In this document: positions 60,069 to 64,000 of the stretch, piece by piece
How positions within the stretch are numbered: position 1 is the first letter of the stretch
Layout: each line of letters opens with the position of its first letter
From: Lingula anatina
Taxonomy: Eukaryota; Animalia; Brachiopoda
Direction of reading: 5' to 3'
NCBI GenBank assembly: GCA_051362555.1
Contig: CM120643.1
Location: 11,444,644 to 11,508,643 of the forward strand
Length of the DNA stretch: 64,000 bases
Notes under the pieces: generated by a model
Told to the model about the DNA's origin: nothing
The model's input: the letters and a program-made list of their open reading frames with translations, nothing else
The model's database searches: none
Program-made: the position numbers and the translations under genes

Positions 60069-63000
60069 CTACTTTGGTTTCTTGAATCCACCTCCAGTTT
60101 TTGCTTTTTTCTTTGCTGATCCCTTGGGTTCCTCTTTCTGTAAATTAATTAAATATCTCTGTTGTGAAACACAGAGTGAAATACATTTCTTTCTCTCTCT
60201 CCCTCTCTCTCTCTATCTCTCTCTCTCTCATAGCATGTGTGTACGTGTGCGTATCTGTCAACTTCATCAATCAGAAAATACAATGAATGCAAACTGACAA
60301 ACACAAACATAAAGCAACCCAAGCATGTGACTGACTTAGAATGGAATTCCTGGAAATCAAAGAACTCCCTGAATATCAATCATATCTCTGTTATGCCACA
60401 GTGAAACAATGAACAAGATCAAACATCTCTGAGCAAGTTACAGCTGTGTAGAAAGATTTATAAAAACAAATTCCAAATTTGCAAGATTTCCCCTCCAGGA
60501 AAATTTGAAGTAACATCAAGTAAATTCATCAACTGTCAAAGTCCCAAGATCGATATTAGAAAAAACATATTTAAAAGCTTTTGAAATTAAGATTGATGAA
60601 GAAGTAACTTGCCTTCCTCTTGCTTCCCCCTGGGCTTGGTAAAACCTTGAAGAAACTATCTAGTCTTCCTTGTGTAGATCCTTGGCGTGCCTTTGCCAGC
60701 TTTTTTACACCATTTCGTATTCTTTCTTCACTAAAATAGAAACAAGAAAATAAGATGCCACATGCTCAGTTAGTTCCACTGACCCTGTAATGTCACCTAT
60801 AATGTCATCTGTGATGTCAATTATGATGTCACCTTTGATATCACTTATGTCATCTGCGATGTCACTTGTCAAATGTGATGTCACTTACGACGTCACTGTA
60901 ATGCCACCTGTCATCTGTGATGTCACCTATGTCATCTGTGATGTCACTTGTGATGTCACTGTAATGTCACATAATGTTATCTGTGATGTCACTTATGATG
61001 TCAAATGTGATGTCACCTATGATAGCTGCTATCTTTGAGACAAGCAAGAGCAAAAAACACATTGCATTGCAATGTTTTCCATGCGATATTTAGGGGAAAA
61101 TGTTTAATTCATATACCTGCAATAGCAGGGACCAATCTTATCCTGCTTGTTAGACTAAGGAGATTGGTCCCTGCTATTACTGGTATATAAATAGTCTTTA
61201 TAATACATAAATATACGGTAATATGCCAAACAATTCGACCAAGATTAATTAATTACTTTCATGGAAATGTCAGTTTGGTCGAATTGATTAAAATATAGCA
61301 ATGGAAATCTTTGATATCATCGGATTGTTAGGGGCATCTGCCAAAACGTCCATCTTACCAGAAGTATTGCACTTTAACGGAAGTGTAACGCAAGATAAGC
61401 CGCAATTTTCACCTAACACGCGTTTCAAGCACGTTTTATCCTCCTTTTGAAATTTTATTTTGCTGTGTACAATATGTACTAACATAACTTGAGATTCAAA
61501 CAGACGACAGTTCATTATTTCTATCTATTTATTTCCCTCACCGACGATCACTTTCATGACGCGCTTCACAAGTGGGACGCTTTTTCCCCCGGAGACAGGT
61601 GTTGTAAACAGTGCCCGGTCACTTATATTTGAAACCAGTAGATTTACCAGACTTAAACCAGTTATGTGATCTACGTATGCCCTATTTGAATTTTAATATC
61701 TCGACTGAAATCAACCAAACTGAGATTTTTTTACCAGTCCGAGATCAGTTGTTTTCAACTCACAAGGCTTGCTCGGCGTAGACGTACGCATTTCCGAAGA
61801 ACATTCTATCGCCCCTATCAAAGAATACCAAGTGGTACTCAAACGGAATTCTGTGTAACTTTAAATTACTTTTCAGTATTTAATTCAAAAATCATGTTAT
61901 ATTAAAACATATTGACAAAAGGCAATCTACGGAACCTACCTGTGCCGATAGACATACAATGGCACTCTTCCGATTTTTTTATATGTATACACTCGCTGTG
62001 CACAAGCCACGGTGCATATTAAAAAACCCCACTGATACAACCCAAACGTAAAATAAGCATTTAATTGCCATAGTTTACACAAAACAGAAGCATTCATAAT
62101 TTGACGTGAGAATTGAGCAAACGAGACGGGTCTTATCTAGTCTGCTCCAGCATACCTAGCACAAACCACATGTTGTGGGGCAGGGGGTCACAGGAATGGA
62201 GTTCTTCACGAATTACGCTAAATAACATCAACGTTTCATGCATCTGGGGAAATAAAAAGTGACTCACTAGTAACGTAAATACCCAGTGGAACTCTCTGTG
62301 AAGCTCTGCTTTTCACCGCCATATAAGTTACTGTTTTTTTTTCTAACAAGGAAGACGTCATTTATTGTTGACAAAACGGTTATCCAAGTCGGTGAATAGC
62401 TACACGCGTTCGTCAGATTTTGACAGTGCGTGGTATTTGGCGCCAAGAAGTCTAGGCGGTCGATCTCACTGATCTTTCAGTCGACTGTAGTAAATGTAGG
62501 ATCTCGCGGCATTGACTTCAAGAACGTTTCCCCTGCATATATAGTTCAATCAAACTTGAAAACAAATTGCTTATTCTTCCCAAAATTTTTATTGCTAGCA
62601 TACGCTATGTATGGTCTATATGAAGATGTTTACTACATATCCTACCCACTGTCGACATTTGGTTTCATCCAGAACAGACATCCCCCCCCAGTTACGGGCG
62701 TGACGAATCAGTCAGCAAGGGCAAGTCTGCTAAATTAGCACAAATTGTATGTATATAAGCACTATTATTGTCATCGGGGACAAAGTAAATGACAGGTACG
62801 TCTCGCTTGCAGACTAGATCTTTAGTTAATTGTTTCTTCCTCATTGACAAAAGCTATTGAAAGGACAACAATTGACAAAGGGCCGAGACGTGCAGCATCT
62901 AATTTCACTGGCTTGAAAATTTACCGAGTCTTGCCGACGATGTGGTCGAACAATCGGAACAAGAAAAAAATTCTGTCGCATGATTTTGACGTATGGACTA

Positions 63001-63733
63001 AATGTTTGAGCCCTGAAAAATTAATTTTATAATATAATTTTTTGGTCGGATTGACTGGGCCCGTCGAAATGCTTGGCACATTACCGTACATTATTATAGT
63101 CTTTGTAACACATACTATCTTACATCTTCAAACCTAAACAACTTGATGGGACTGGAAGTTGGGATGAAACGACTAAGTTTTTAAACTTTAAAAAGTCAAC
63201 ATTTGGTTAACCCCAACTCACTTGAAGCCTTTGTCCTCACACATGAACTTCACCACAGCCTCCTCATCTGGTTCAGTCCATTTTAGGTCCAACGTCCCAG
63301 GATCTGCAACTTCTGGTTCTTTAAACAACTGACGGGCTTCCTTAAAGACAGAAAAAATGGTTTTACGTTCACAATGATTTGTTTGTTTGTTATTTAATTT
63401 TTCACGCACAAAATGTAGATTAACAAATATGCACAAGGTTACCTTGCAAATTGTTCTTTCTGGGAAAATAGTAAAATCTTATCATCTCATTAAGCAACTG
63501 GAAATTTTGTTGAGTAATTGGATAAATAAAAAAAGATGCAGTATCCTTTTATGATTAATCTGCACTGAAGGAAATCTAAACAATCTTTCTATTTAAAATT
63601 TAACAAGTTACTTGATGTTAGTTTTGAATCAAACAACAAGTTGATTGTGAAAACAATTTTTTTTTGTTTATTATGTTTTTTTTTCTTCACTTTGCCTTAC
63701 CTTAAACATCCAGTCCTCGGGCACCGTGTATTT
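60069..63733 (-). CDS. FEN1: Flap endonuclease 1, last four coding exons; 5' part lies beyond the window
   Basis: Exons 63733-63701 ([11 protein letters not shown]), 63340-63222 ([14 protein letters not shown]...[21 protein letters not shown]), 60730-60613 ([30 protein letters not shown]...KRK, containing the PIP box) and 60137-60069 ([22 protein letters not shown]). Phases are consistent. Confidence 0.95.
60786..61022. repeat. Degenerate 9-12 bp minisatellite (TGTGATGTCAC-like)
   Basis: Repeated (T/G/A)ATGTCA(C/T) cores in a FEN1 intron. Confidence 0.9.
61111..61188. mobile_element. Miniature inverted-repeat element (78 bp)
   Basis: ATATACCTGCAATAGCAGGGACCAATCT ... AGATTGGTCCCTGCTATTACTGGTATAT; 28-bp arms with 2 mismatches. 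Confidence 0.75.
61200..63095. mobile_element. Non-autonomous TIR element (~1.9 kb) in a FEN1 intron
   Basis: Left TACGGTAATATGCCAAACAATTCGAC; reverse complement of right TACGGTAATGTGCCAAGCATTTCGAC. Flanking direct repeat ATAGTCTTT at 61191-99 and 63096-104. The interior is CpG-rich relative to host DNA. Confidence 0.8.
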
Positions 63734-64000
63734 CTGGAAGAATGCCAGGGAAGTTCAAATAGCAGAATATAAAACATCATCAATATTTTTTACAATGCAG
63801 ATCATATCTGTTCAACATAAAATATCACCTACAAATTCTGAAATGAACAATTTACAAATAAACAGATATTTGATATTACGGTTCGTGTTCACTTCTCCTT
63901 ATGTGTTTGGCAGGTGACTTAACCCTGTTCCCAGTTAAGGTGGGTCAGTATGACATTAACCCATTTGACCCATCATCTCAGTGTATTCTCTCTTTGTATG

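Overview
AT-rich, intron-rich invertebrate animal DNA, probably lophotrochozoan or mollusc-like (inference). From left to right: the 3' part of a replication-dependent histone H2B gene with its stem-loop and downstream element; a 3'-truncated Ty3/Gypsy (Mag-like) LTR retrotransposon on the minus strand (5' LTR, PBS, gag-protease-partial RT); a 13-coding-exon WDR89 gene whose last intron is about 17 kb; a two-coding-exon PSKH1-like kinase with a 20.5 kb intron; and the last four coding exons of FEN1 on the minus strand, including a GC-AG intron. The introns hold several non-autonomous DNA transposons that can be delimited by terminal inverted repeats (TIRs) and target-site duplications (TSDs): two copies of a 546-547 bp PIF/Harbinger-type MITE, a 3.4 kb element with a 7-bp TSD and an internal ~189-bp tandem array, and a 1.9 kb element. 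There are also hairpins and minisatellites. I found no clearly new biological system. The best leads are the unclassified cargo-carrying TIR elements, the two oversized introns with motif clusters, the lineage-specific charged insertion in WDR89, and the rearranged retrotransposon upstream of WDR89. All coordinates were read by eye and no database searches were run.
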